This document shows positions 44,248-53,621 of a stretch of 64,000 nt of DNA, piece by piece. The first letter of the stretch is position 1. Every line of letters starts with the position of its first letter. Location of the stretch: IMG/VR virus record IMGVR_UViG_3300025917_000016, positions 2,556 through 66,555 of that record. One strand, written 5' to 3'. This stretch comes from a virus. Position numbers and translations under genes: made by a program. The notes beneath the pieces are model-generated. The model saw only the letters and a program-made list of their open reading frames with translations, did not search any database and was not told where the DNA came from.

Positions 44248-45875
44248 GCCAGATCGCCACCGCCAGGCCGGTCACGAAGCAGGACGCGCTGCGCGAGATC
44301 GCCAGCCGGCAGCTCAGTAAGCGCCGCCTACTGCCGTTCGTGCAGCGCATGAACCCGAAGTACAGCGCCGGGTGGGTGCACGAGGACATCTGCAGACGGC
44401 TCGAACGTTTCAGCGACGACGTCGCCAAGGGCCTCAGCCCACGCCTCATGCTGCTCATGCCGCCCCGGCACGGCAAGAGCGAACTGGCGTCCAAGATGTT
44501 CCCACCGTGGCACCTGGGGCGCTATCCGGATCACGAGATCATCGCCTGCTCGTACAACATCAGCCTGGCGATGGGCTTCTCAAAGAAGATCAAGCAGATC
44601 ATCGACGACCCGGCCTACGAGACCGTGTTCGACACGCGACTGGACCCGAACAACCGCTCGACCGAGGAATGGACCGTGCAGGGCCATACCGGCGGCTACG
44701 TGGCGGCCGGCGTCGGTGGCGGCATCACCGGCAAGGGCGCGCACGTCCTGATCATCGACGACCCGATCAAGAACGCGGAAGAGGCGGACTCCGCCGTGAC
44801 TCGCGAGTCGATCTGGGACTGGTACGGCTCGACCGCCTACACCCGTCTTGCACCGGGTGCGGGTGTACTCATCATCCAGACGTGGTGGCACGACGACGAC
44901 CTGGCCGGGCGCGTCCAGCAGGCCATGCAGGCCGGTGCGGGTGACGAGGACGTCGACAACTTCGAGATCATCAAGTATCCGGCGATTGCCGAAGCCGCGG
45001 AATTCCTGGACCTGGAGACCGACGAGATCGTGCGGGTCGATACGGACGCCAGGGACAAGGTCGACATCCTGATCGAGGCCGCCCGGCTCGGCATCTCGAC
45101 GCAGGAACTCAAGTTCCTGCGCGCCAAGGGCGACGCCCTGCACCCGGAGCGCTACGACCTGAAGAAGCTGCGCCGCATCAAGTCGACCATCGCGCCGCGC
45201 CACTGGTCCGCGCTGTTCCAGCAGAACCCGGTGCCGGACGATGGTGCGTTCTTTTCCAAGGACATGTTCCGGCGCGGGCCGATTCCGTACCTGAAGAACT
45301 ACGTGTTGCAGACCGCGTGGGACTTTGCCATCGGCATCAAGAAGCAGAACGACTTCACCGTCGGCACCGTGGGCATGCTCGACGAGAACGACGTGCTGCA
45401 CTTCGCCGACCAGATCCGACTCAAGACCAACGACATCGACGCCATCGTCGGCGCCATGCTCGACCAGGCCCAGAAGTGGTATCACCCGAGCCTGATCATC
45501 GGCGTCGAGGACGGCCAGATCTGGAAGACGATGGAGAGCACGTTCATGAAGGCGTGCCGCGCGCGGCGCTTCTTCCCGCGCATCCAGGTGCTACCGCCAC
45601 TGACCGACAAGGAGGTGCGTGCCAGCCCGCTCAAGGGCCGCATGCAGGCCGGCATGGTCAGCTTCGCGGCCGCCGGCGACTGGTACGAGGACTGCCGCAA
45701 CGAGATGCTGCGCTTCCCGGCCGGCGTGCACGATGACCGCGTCGACTCGTGCGCCTGGGTGGCGCAGGTGGCGATGGGCCGTCAGGCGCCGCACAAGGTC
45801 AGGAAGGGCGCCAAGGAATCATGGAAGGACCGCCTCAAGGCGGTCATCACCGACACTTCCCACATGGGTGCATGA
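44244..45875 (+). CDS. terL: Terminase large subunit
   Basis: MPPRHGKSE, TGKGAHVLIIDDP, QTWWHDDDLAG, FQQNP, AWD, FPAGVHDDRVD. Confidence 0.95.
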   Translation: MSQIATARPVTKQDALREIASRQLSKRRLLPFVQRMNPKYSAGWVHEDICRRLERFSDDVAKGLSPRLMLLMPPRHGKSELASKMFPPWHLGRYPDHEIIACSYNISLAMGFSKKIKQIIDDPAYETVFDTRLDPNNRSTEEWTVQGHTGGYVAAGVGGGITGKGAHVLIIDDPIKNAEEADSAVTRESIWDWYGSTAYTRLAPGAGVLIIQTWWHDDDLAGRVQQAMQAGAGDEDVDNFEIIKYPAIAEAAEFLDLETDEIVRVDTDARDKVDILIEAARLGISTQELKFLRAKGDALHPERYDLKKLRRIKSTIAPRHWSALFQQNPVPDDGAFFSKDMFRRGPIPYLKNYVLQTAWDFAIGIKKQNDFTVGTVGMLDENDVLHFADQIRLKTNDIDAIVGAMLDQAQKWYHPSLIIGVEDGQIWKTMESTFMKACRARRFFPRIQVLPPLTDKEVRASPLKGRMQAGMVSFAAAGDWYEDCRNEMLRFPAGVHDDRVDSCAWVAQVAMGRQAPHKVRKGAKESWKDRLKAVITDTSHMGA

Positions 45876-46298
45876 ATGAACAACGACATCGAGAAAAACT
45901 GCAGCTGCCACCTCACCGGCGACGACCCGAACTGCGTCCTGCACGGCGAAGTCATCCAGTTCGCGGGCGTGCCCGACCTGCAGGCGCTGTTCGGCACCCG
46001 CGCCATGCCGAACATGCCCGTCGCGGCGCCGCTGTCCACACCTGTCGGGCGCGTCATCGACGGCGGCAGCGTGCTGCTGCGCCCGTACGAGGCTAAGACC
46101 GCCGCGCCGATCCTTGTCTCGTGCAGCTGCGACCAGCCGGCCACGTTCGGGCATGACGCCGGCTGCACCGCATACGCCATCAAAACCGCACCGCTGCAGC
46201 TCCTCATCGCAGCGGCCCAGCTTATTCACGACCAGCCCACGACCGAGCAGTGGAAGACCATCAAGAAGGCAATCAGCGACCTCGTGCCGTCGCCATAA
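45876..46298 (+). CDS. Hypothetical protein with two Cys/His clusters
   Basis: CSC...C..H and CSC...H...C; fills the terL-portal gap. Confidence 0.55.
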   Translation: MNNDIEKNCSCHLTGDDPNCVLHGEVIQFAGVPDLQALFGTRAMPNMPVAAPLSTPVGRVIDGGSVLLRPYEAKTAAPILVSCSCDQPATFGHDAGCTAYAIKTAPLQLLIAAAQLIHDQPTTEQWKTIKKAISDLVPSP

Positions 46299-46307
46299 GG
46301 AACTAAC

Positions 46308-48434
46308 ATGCCCGTCAATACCAGCCTGGCGTACAAAATCTGGTCCCGTTACCAGTTCTGCCGCGACAACGGCCACACGCATTTCATGCGCAAGGCCGAC
46401 CGCTGCGAGCGCTTCTTCGCCGGCGACCAGTGGGACCCGAAAGACCTGCAGAAACTGCGCCACGAACGGCGTCCGGCCCTGACCATCAACAAGATCCTCC
46501 CGACCATCGGCTCCGTCATGGGCGAGCAGATCAAGAACCGCGCCGAGATCAGTTTCCGCCCGCGCGCGCCGCAGTTCGAGGAAACCGCCACCGCGCTGAA
46601 CAAGGTATTCAAGCAGATCAGCGACCAGAACCAGCTGAACTGGCTCAGGAGCCAGGTGTTCGACGACGGCGTGATCACCAGCCGCGGCTTTCTCGACGTG
46701 CGCATGGACTACAGCCGTTCGATACAGGGCGACGTCAAGTACACGAACCTGAATCCGAAGAACGTGGTCGTCGACCCGGACGCCGAGGAGTACGATCCGG
46801 ATACGTGGAGCGAGGTGTTCACGACGAAGTGGGTCACGGCCGACGACGTCGCGGTCCTGTACGGCAAGGACAACGCCGACCTGCTGCGCCTGCGCACCGA
46901 GAGCTATTTCCCGTACGGGTACGACTCGATCACCGAGGACCGCGACCGCTTTGGCCTGAATACGACGCCGGGCTACTCGGACATCACGGACATGGGCGGC
47001 GTGCAGCGTCAGCTGCGCCTGATCGAGCGCCAGTACCGCAAGCTGGACCGCCAGAAGTTCTTCGTCAACACGAGGACCGGCGACAAGCGCCCGGTGCCGG
47101 AAGGCTGGGACCGCGACCGCATCGCGCTGATCGTCAAGGAGTTCGGCTTCGCCGTGGTGCCGCAGGTCGTGCGCCGGCTGCGCTGGACTGTGATCTGCGA
47201 TTGCGTCGAGTTGCACGACGACTGGTCGCCCTACGAGCACTTCACCGTCGTGCCGTATTTCCCATACTTCCGCCACGGCCGCACCATCGGCCTCGTGGAG
47301 AACCTGCTCGACCCGCAGGAGCTGCTGAACAAGACGACCAGCCAGGAGCTGCACATCGTCAACTCCAGCGCGAACGGCGGGTGGAAGGTCAAGGCCGGCG
47401 GGCTTACGAACATGACGCTCGACGAGCTGGAAGCCAATGGCGCGCGCACCGGCCTCGTGCTGGAGGTCAGCGAGATCGACGCGATCGAGAAGATCCAGCC
47501 GAACCAGACCCCGCAGGGCCTGGACCGGATGAGCTACAAGGCCGAGGAGCACATCAAGGGCATCTCGAACGTGTCCGACTCGATGGTGGGCCAGGACCGC
47601 GCCGACGTGGCTGCCAAGGCGATCCAGGAGAAGAAGCAGTCGGGCCAGGTCACGATGGTCAAGCCGCTCGACAACCTGGGCCGCTTTGACTTCTTCCTCG
47701 CCCGTGCCACGCTGTCGCTGGTGCAGCGCTTCTACTCGGACGAGCGCCTGGTCACGTACACGCAGGACGAGCTGCGCGGCAAGACCGCCGCGATCGTGGT
47801 CAACCAGGTCACGCCCGAGGGCACGATCGCCAACGACCTGACGGTCGGCGAGTACGACGTGGTCGTGACCAGCGTGCCGGTCAAGGACACGAACGAGGAC
47901 TCGCAGTTCGAGCAGGCTGTCTCGCTCAAGGAGATGGGTGTCGACATTCCGGACGAGGTGCTGATCGAGGCATCACGCCTGCAGGACAAGAAGGCGATCC
48001 TCCAGAAGATGGCTGCGCGCGCCCAGTCGCCGGAAGCGCAGCAACAGGCCGCGCTGCAGCTGCAGCTGCTGCAGGAGGCAGTCAAGAAGGTGCAGGCCGA
48101 AATCCAGCGCATCCTGGCCCAGGCCCAGAAGGACCAGGCCAACGCCGGCGCGATCGGCGTGAAGGCGCAGAAGGAAGCCGCCACGCCGATCGAGCAGCCG
48201 CAGGCCCAGGCCGACACCACCCATATCGACGAGGCCAAGGCCGCGCACGAGATCGACCTGAACGAGCGTGAATTCCAGCACAAGAAGCAGATGGATCATG
48301 CCGAACTTGCGCTGAAGGACCGCCAGGCGCAACAGGACGCCGCACTGAAGGCCAAGCAGCAGCAGGACCAGGCCGAGCAGCAGCGCATTGCCGCGCTGAC
48401 CGCGCAAGACAACGAACCCGCAACCACTGAATGA
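46308..48434 (+). CDS. Portal protein (P22-like)
   Basis: FFAGDQW, RPALTINKI, FTVVPYF, G.VENLLDPQELLNK, GEYDVVV, Q-rich C-terminal barrel. Confidence 0.9.
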   Translation: MPVNTSLAYKIWSRYQFCRDNGHTHFMRKADRCERFFAGDQWDPKDLQKLRHERRPALTINKILPTIGSVMGEQIKNRAEISFRPRAPQFEETATALNKVFKQISDQNQLNWLRSQVFDDGVITSRGFLDVRMDYSRSIQGDVKYTNLNPKNVVVDPDAEEYDPDTWSEVFTTKWVTADDVAVLYGKDNADLLRLRTESYFPYGYDSITEDRDRFGLNTTPGYSDITDMGGVQRQLRLIERQYRKLDRQKFFVNTRTGDKRPVPEGWDRDRIALIVKEFGFAVVPQVVRRLRWTVICDCVELHDDWSPYEHFTVVPYFPYFRHGRTIGLVENLLDPQELLNKTTSQELHIVNSSANGGWKVKAGGLTNMTLDELEANGARTGLVLEVSEIDAIEKIQPNQTPQGLDRMSYKAEEHIKGISNVSDSMVGQDRADVAAKAIQEKKQSGQVTMVKPLDNLGRFDFFLARATLSLVQRFYSDERLVTYTQDELRGKTAAIVVNQVTPEGTIANDLTVGEYDVVVTSVPVKDTNEDSQFEQAVSLKEMGVDIPDEVLIEASRLQDKKAILQKMAARAQSPEAQQQAALQLQLLQEAVKKVQAEIQRILAQAQKDQANAGAIGVKAQKEAATPIEQPQAQADTTHIDEAKAAHEIDLNEREFQHKKQMDHAELALKDRQAQQDAALKAKQQQDQAEQQRIAALTAQDNEPATTE

Positions 48435-48450
48435 ACCAGGAGAAAAAGAC

Positions 48451-49485
48451 ATGAACCACTATCTGCGCAAATTCCTCGCCCGTGCGATCCCGATGGACCA
48501 GGCCAGTGACGGCACCGGCGGCACCGCGTCGGGAGGCACCGGCACCGTCGACCGCGGCGACACGCTCGCGGCCGGCGCACCGAAGGTCGACGATCAGGCC
48601 GCCGCCGACGCGGAAGCCGAGGCCGCGCGCATCCGCGCCGAGGAAGAGGCCAAGGCGGGCAACAAAGACGCCGATGACAAGGGCACCGGCGACAAAGGCG
48701 GTGATGGCGACGACAAGGGCGAGGACGGCAAGAAGGGCATGATCCCGCTGGACCGCCACAAGGCCGTGCTCGACAAGACCCGCGCCGAGCGCGACGCGCT
48801 GGCGGCCCAGGTCAAGGCATTTCAGGAGGGTCAGGCCGTCGTCAAGACGAACACTGACATCACGAAGCTGGAGGAAAAGGTCACTGCCAAGGAGGCCGAG
48901 TACAACAAGGCGCTGGTCGATGGCGAGGTGGACAAGGCCACCGCGATCATGCGCGAGATTCGCACCATCGAGCGCGAGATCGGCGACCTGAAGGTCGAGA
49001 TGCGCACCCAGGCCGCGACGGCCCAGGCGATCGAGTCGGTGCGCTACAACACCGTTGTCGAGCGGCTGGAAGCGGCATACCCGGTGCTGAACCCGGACCA
49101 TGAGGACTTCGACAAGGAGCAGGTGGCCGACGTGATGGACCTGAAAACGACCTACGAGCGCCGGGGCCTGACCCCCAGCGCGGCGCTGCAGAAGGCCGTC
49201 GAGAAGCTGATGCCGGCCACCAGCGCCAAGCAGGAAGCCGCCACCAGCGTGACGCCGCGCGTAGACAAGGCCGCCGTCACCAGCGCCGAACGCAAGGAAG
49301 ACGCGACGAAAAAGGCTGTCGAAGCCGCCACGAAGACCCCGCCGTCGACTGCCAAGGTCGGTGCCGACAGCGACAAGCACGGCGGCGGCGCGGTTTCGGC
49401 CGAGGACGTGATGAAGATGGACCAGGACAAGTTCGCCAAGCTCAACGAGGAGACCCTCGCGCGTCTGCGCGGCGATACGCTGTGA
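48451..49485 (+). CDS. Capsid scaffolding protein
   Basis: Acidic N-terminus, MIPLDR, coiled coil; lies between portal and capsid genes. Confidence 0.75.
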   Translation: MNHYLRKFLARAIPMDQASDGTGGTASGGTGTVDRGDTLAAGAPKVDDQAAADAEAEAARIRAEEEAKAGNKDADDKGTGDKGGDGDDKGEDGKKGMIPLDRHKAVLDKTRAERDALAAQVKAFQEGQAVVKTNTDITKLEEKVTAKEAEYNKALVDGEVDKATAIMREIRTIEREIGDLKVEMRTQAATAQAIESVRYNTVVERLEAAYPVLNPDHEDFDKEQVADVMDLKTTYERRGLTPSAALQKAVEKLMPATSAKQEAATSVTPRVDKAAVTSAERKEDATKKAVEAATKTPPSTAKVGADSDKHGGGAVSAEDVMKMDQDKFAKLNEETLARLRGDTL

Positions 49486-49524
49486 CGTAACCGATACGCG
49501 ACCGGAAAAATCCCGTTACCCGAT

Positions 49525-49553
49525 TAGGTTGCGCTTGCGCAACCTACTTTTTT
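49525..49553 (+). terminator. Inverted repeat plus T6 (terminator and/or operator over the capsid promoter)
   Basis: TAGGTTGCGC-tt-GCGCAACCTA-c-TTTTTT; overlaps TTGCGC-17-CAATAT. Confidence 0.55.
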
Positions 49554-49684
49554 GTGACAATATTGCGCACACGTAACAGGTGACGAGACTCCTGTCCCAG
49601 CAGTGCCCGTCCGGTCGCAACGAGATGCGATGCACACGCAGTAGACCATCATCCCATTCTTGACCAACTACGAGGTACGCACAC

Positions 49685-50794
49685 ATGCTGACCAATTTTT
49701 CGCAGCTGACGAACGAGCAAAAGACCATCTGGTCCATGGACCTGTGGAAACAAGCCCGTAACATGTCGTTCGTGAACCGCTTCCTGGGCAAGGGCCCGAA
49801 CTCGCTGATCCAGCACATCACCGAGCTGAAGAAATCCGAAAAGGGCGCCCGCGCCGTGATCACCCTGCTGGCCGACCTGCAAGGCGACGGCGTTGCCGGC
49901 GACCGCACGCTGGAAGGCAACGAGGAAGGCATCCAGACGTTCGACCAGGTGATCCGCATCGACCAGCTGCGTCATGCGAACCGCCACGAAGGCCGCATGG
50001 CCGACCAGAAGTCGATCGTCGAATTCCGCTCGAACTCGAAAGACGTACTGGCCTACTGGCTGGCCGACCGCGTCGACCAGCTCGCGTTCCTGACGCTGGC
50101 AGGTCTGTCGTACACCCGTACCCCGGCCGGCGCCCTGCGCGTGGGCTCGGACCTGCCGTCGCTGGAATTCGCATCCGACGTGGCTTCGCCGTCGACCAAT
50201 CGCCGCCTGCGCTGGGATGGCACCAACAAGGTACTGGTCCCAAACGGCGCATCGTCGGCCATCGTCGCGGCCGACACCCCGACCTGGAACATGCTGGTCC
50301 AGCTCAAAGCCTATGCCAAGGACCGCTATATCCGCGGCGTCAAGGAAGAAGGCGGCGAGGAGTGCTACCACGTGTTCCTGACCCCGCAGGCCATGGCCAA
50401 GCTGAAGCTCGATCCGGACTACATGCTGAACCTGCGCCACACCGTCCAGAAGGGCGAGAACAGCAAGCTGTTCGACGGCGGCGCGGTCAAGGTCGACGGC
50501 CTGTACCTGCACGAGTTCCGCCACGTACCGAACACCCGTACCGCCGCGTCCGGTTCGAAGTACGGTGGCGCCGGCACGGTGGAAGGCTGCCAGATGCTGT
50601 TCTGCGGCGCCCAGGCGCTCGGTATGGCCGACATCGGCAATCCGGAATGGATCGAGAAGGAGTTCGACTACGGCAACCAGCAGGCCATCGCATGCGGCAA
50701 GATCCTCGGCTTCCTGAAGCCGAAGTTCTCGAGCATCTACGAGGCTGGCTCCGTCGAAGACTTCGGCGTCATCTCGGTGTACGTCGCGCAGTAA
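49685..50794 (+). CDS. Major capsid protein (DUF4043/N4-gp56-like)
   Basis: LEGNEE...IRIDQLRHA, FCGAQAL, E.FDYGN, DFGVI. Confidence 0.9.
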   Translation: MLTNFSQLTNEQKTIWSMDLWKQARNMSFVNRFLGKGPNSLIQHITELKKSEKGARAVITLLADLQGDGVAGDRTLEGNEEGIQTFDQVIRIDQLRHANRHEGRMADQKSIVEFRSNSKDVLAYWLADRVDQLAFLTLAGLSYTRTPAGALRVGSDLPSLEFASDVASPSTNRRLRWDGTNKVLVPNGASSAIVAADTPTWNMLVQLKAYAKDRYIRGVKEEGGEECYHVFLTPQAMAKLKLDPDYMLNLRHTVQKGENSKLFDGGAVKVDGLYLHEFRHVPNTRTAASGSKYGGAGTVEGCQMLFCGAQALGMADIGNPEWIEKEFDYGNQQAIACGKILGFLKPKFSSIYEAGSVEDFGVISVYVAQ

Positions 50795-50863
50795 TCGTGA
50801 CATGGGCGGCGCGAGCCGCCCGGCACCCGAGCTGCTGAACCATCTCATTCAAGGAATCCAAAC

Positions 50864-51298
50864 ATGTCTACTCTGAAAGCTGCCCGCTCCGCGCAATACC
50901 CGCAGGTCGCCTCGTTCAAGTTCACCATGGCCGACGCCATGGTCGACACGAGCGGCGCCACGACCAACTTCAAGGCTGCAGCCGGCGTATTCGAGCCGAT
51001 CCCGCTGCCGATCGGCGCCATCGTGATCGGCGGCGACGTGACCGTCGAGACGGCGTCGGATGACACCGGCACCGCGACCATCGCCGTCGGCGACAGCGGC
51101 AGCGCGTCGCGCTACCTGAGCGCCACCAGCATCAAGTCGGCGGCCCGTACCGCGCTGGTTCCGACCGGCTACCGTGGCACTGGCGAGAACCTGCGCATCA
51201 CGCTGGCCAACCAGAACGGTAACGCCGCCGCCGGCGCCGTGACGGTACGCGTCGAGTACATCATCGACGGCCGTGCGACCGAAGTCGTGGTCGCATAA
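50864..51298 (+). CDS. Capsid decoration/cement-like protein
   Basis: Beta-rich (LPIGAIVIGG, VGDSG, VRVEYII); follows the capsid gene and precedes a terminator. Confidence 0.6.
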   Translation: MSTLKAARSAQYPQVASFKFTMADAMVDTSGATTNFKAAAGVFEPIPLPIGAIVIGGDVTVETASDDTGTATIAVGDSGSASRYLSATSIKSAARTALVPTGYRGTGENLRITLANQNGNAAAGAVTVRVEYIIDGRATEVVVA

Positions 51299-51321
51299 GA
51301 CAGCGACTGCCGACATCACTC

Positions 51322-51344
51322 AAAGGGGCTTCGGCCCCTTTGTT
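51322..51344 (+). terminator. Rho-independent terminator
   Basis: AAAGGGGC-ttcg-GCCCCTTT-gtt. Confidence 0.75.
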
Positions 51345-51364
51345 CTAACTGCACAGGAGCCACC

Positions 51365-51652
51365 ATGTACAAACTGCCTCGCACCGACGTGATCGCCACG
51401 GGCTTCGGCGCGATCGCCTTCGTCGCCGATGAACCTACCCATGTACCGCCGGAAATGGTGCGCGAAGTCCTGGCCGCCGGCGCCGTCGAAGCCACGGATG
51501 ACATCGAGGTCGGTCAGACCCATGTCGAAGTCGATCTGGACAAACTGCGCGCTTCGCTGACCGCTGAAGCCGAGACTGCGCCTGCACCCGAAGCGCCTGC
51601 ACCCGAAGCGCCTGCACCCGAAGCGCCTGCACCCGAAGCGCCTGCCGCCTAA
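51365..51652 (+). CDS. Hypothetical protein with (APAPE)4 tail; paralogue of the next gene
   Basis: EPTHVPPEM...AAGAV. Confidence 0.65.
   Translation: MYKLPRTDVIATGFGAIAFVADEPTHVPPEMVREVLAAGAVEATDDIEVGQTHVEVDLDKLRASLTAEAETAPAPEAPAPEAPAPEAPAPEAPAA
51578..51645 (+). repeat. 15-bp tandem repeat, 4.5 copies
   Basis: GCGCCTGCACCCGAA x4 plus a partial copy. Confidence 0.95.
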
Positions 51653-51703
51653 ACCCTTACCGCGCGGGCGCGAGTCCGCGCACCCGACACTGGAGCACCC
51701 GCC

Positions 51704-52078
51704 ATGAAATTCGTCCTCAACCGTAACAAAGTCGTCACCAGTACTCTCGGACACGCCATCGAGTTCAAGAAAGGTGAACCGACGCACGTACCAAAGGAAA
51801 TGTGGAACGACGTGATCGCCGTCGGCGCCGTGCCCGAGGACGAGATCGAGGAAGTGATCGAGAAGAAGGCGCCGGTCCTGACGGGAGAAGAACGCAAGGA
51901 GATGATCTTCGCGGCGTTCACGGTCCTGGTCGAGAAGAACGAGCGCGAAGCCTTTACCGGCAATGGCTCGCCGCACATCCGTGCCGTGGCGGACGTCACC
52001 GGCTTCCCGGTCGACGCCAAGGAACGCGATACGCTGTGGACCGAGTTCCGCCAACTGCACGCTAATCCGGATGCATGA
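51704..52078 (+). CDS. Hypothetical head-region protein
   Basis: EPTHVPKEM...AVGAV; FTGNGSP...ERDTLW C-terminal module. Confidence 0.7.
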   Translation: MKFVLNRNKVVTSTLGHAIEFKKGEPTHVPKEMWNDVIAVGAVPEDEIEEVIEKKAPVLTGEERKEMIFAAFTVLVEKNEREAFTGNGSPHIRAVADVTGFPVDAKERDTLWTEFRQLHANPDA

Positions 52079-52728
52079 TGGACTCGTACGGACTGAGGGA
52101 TGCGTTCCGTGCCGACGTTGACGATTCTGTCGCACCGTATCTATGGTCCGACGATCTGATCGCCTCCTACGCGGACGAAGCGCAGAAAAAATTCTGCCGG
52201 TTGACGAACGGCATCGCCGATTCGTCGTCCGACCTGTGCAGCGTCGATATCGAGGCCGGGGAACCGGTCGCCGACATCGACAAGCGCATCCTGAAGATCC
52301 GCCGCGTACAGCGCGATTCCGACGGCGCCAAGCTGCACGTCTACAACCTCGAAGACCTGGACGAACGCGGCATTCGCCTCACCGCACAGCTAGGTCCCGT
52401 GCGCGCCGTCGTACTGGGCATGGAAGAACACAGCGTTCGCTGGCTGGATGTACCGGCAGTGAACGATACCGCCACGCTGTCGGTGTACCGTCTGCCGCTG
52501 CGCACCGTCACGACCAGCAAAACCCAGCTGGAGATCGACGAGCAGCACCACCGCTCCCTGCTGCTGTGGATGAAGCACCTCGCGTACGCGCGCCAGGACA
52601 CCGACACCCACAACGAGCAGCTGTCGCAGCGCTACGAGGCCGAGTTTCGCGCCTACTGCAAGGAGGCCAAGGCCGAGCAGGACCGCGCCCGCGGCAAGGT
52701 GCGCGTCGTGGCCTACGGAGGCATCTGA
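52075..52728 (+). CDS. Head-tail adaptor-like protein
   Basis: PYLWSDD...EAQ...C, EIDEQHHRSLL.W; position after the capsid genes. Confidence 0.65.
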   Translation: MMDSYGLRDAFRADVDDSVAPYLWSDDLIASYADEAQKKFCRLTNGIADSSSDLCSVDIEAGEPVADIDKRILKIRRVQRDSDGAKLHVYNLEDLDERGIRLTAQLGPVRAVVLGMEEHSVRWLDVPAVNDTATLSVYRLPLRTVTTSKTQLEIDEQHHRSLLLWMKHLAYARQDTDTHNEQLSQRYEAEFRAYCKEAKAEQDRARGKVRVVAYGGI

Positions 52729-53168
52729 TGGAAACGACCATCCGTGCCACCGGCTGCCTGACCATCACGTTGACCGACCGGGAGACGGGCCTGGTCCGCG
52801 AGATCAACACGACGAACAAGGTCGTGAACTCCGGATTGCAGTTCCTTGCCTCGAAAGCGATCTCGCCGTTCGAAACACGCAAGATCGACTTCATGGCTAT
52901 CGGCACCAGCTCGCAGCCAGTGGATGCGAACGACACCAACATAGTGAGCCTGGCAGCATCCGAGCCGCTCACCGGCCTGACTGCATCCGGAGGTGTGATC
53001 ACGGCCACGGCGTCTTTCAACGAAGGTGTGGGCACCGCGAGTATCACTGAACTGGCGCTGCACCTGAACGACGACACCCTGTTCGCACGTACTGTCATCC
53101 CAGTCCAGACCAAGTCCTCTACGACGTCGATGGACGTGGCGTGGACGATCACCTTCCAAGCTGTTTAA
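52728..53168 (+). CDS. Tail-fibre-associated structural protein
   Basis: NKVVNSG, MAIGT, ITELAL...LFAR...K pattern; TGATG overlap. Confidence 0.65.
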   Translation: METTIRATGCLTITLTDRETGLVREINTTNKVVNSGLQFLASKAISPFETRKIDFMAIGTSSQPVDANDTNIVSLAASEPLTGLTASGGVITATASFNEGVGTASITELALHLNDDTLFARTVIPVQTKSSTTSMDVAWTITFQAV

Positions 53169-53183
53169 CTCATAGGAACCACC

Positions 53184-53609
53184 ATGTCCAAGTACTCCAC
53201 CTACACCAAGACGAATATCCTGCAGACGACCCTGCGCGGCGTCGCCATGCCGGTCCCGGCCGGCGTGTTCGTCGCCATGTGCACGGCCGATCCGGGCGAC
53301 GACAACACCACCGCAAACGAGGTCCAGACGTCGGCGATGCCGGCCTATGCCCGCCAGAATGCGGCCGGTACCGGCACGATCGATACCGGCTGGTCGGCGC
53401 CTGCGAGCGGCGTGTCGTCCAACGCGAAGGCGATCACCTTCCCGGCCAACAATGGCGTGGCAGCGATCACCGTGAACGCGATCGGTCTGTATGATGCGGC
53501 CACCGGCGGCAACCTGCTATACCACGCGCCGCTGACCTCGCCGAAGACGCTGCAGCCGGGCGACGTGCTGTCGTTCGGTATCGGTGCGCTGACCATCACC
53601 CTGTCGTAA
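53184..53609 (+). CDS. Tail-fibre-associated structural protein
   Basis: YARQ, ITFP, GLYDAATGGNLL, GD...F..GAL. Confidence 0.7.
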   Translation: MSKYSTYTKTNILQTTLRGVAMPVPAGVFVAMCTADPGDDNTTANEVQTSAMPAYARQNAAGTGTIDTGWSAPASGVSSNAKAITFPANNGVAAITVNAIGLYDAATGGNLLYHAPLTSPKTLQPGDVLSFGIGALTITLS

Positions 53610-53621
53610 CCGGCGGCTCGG

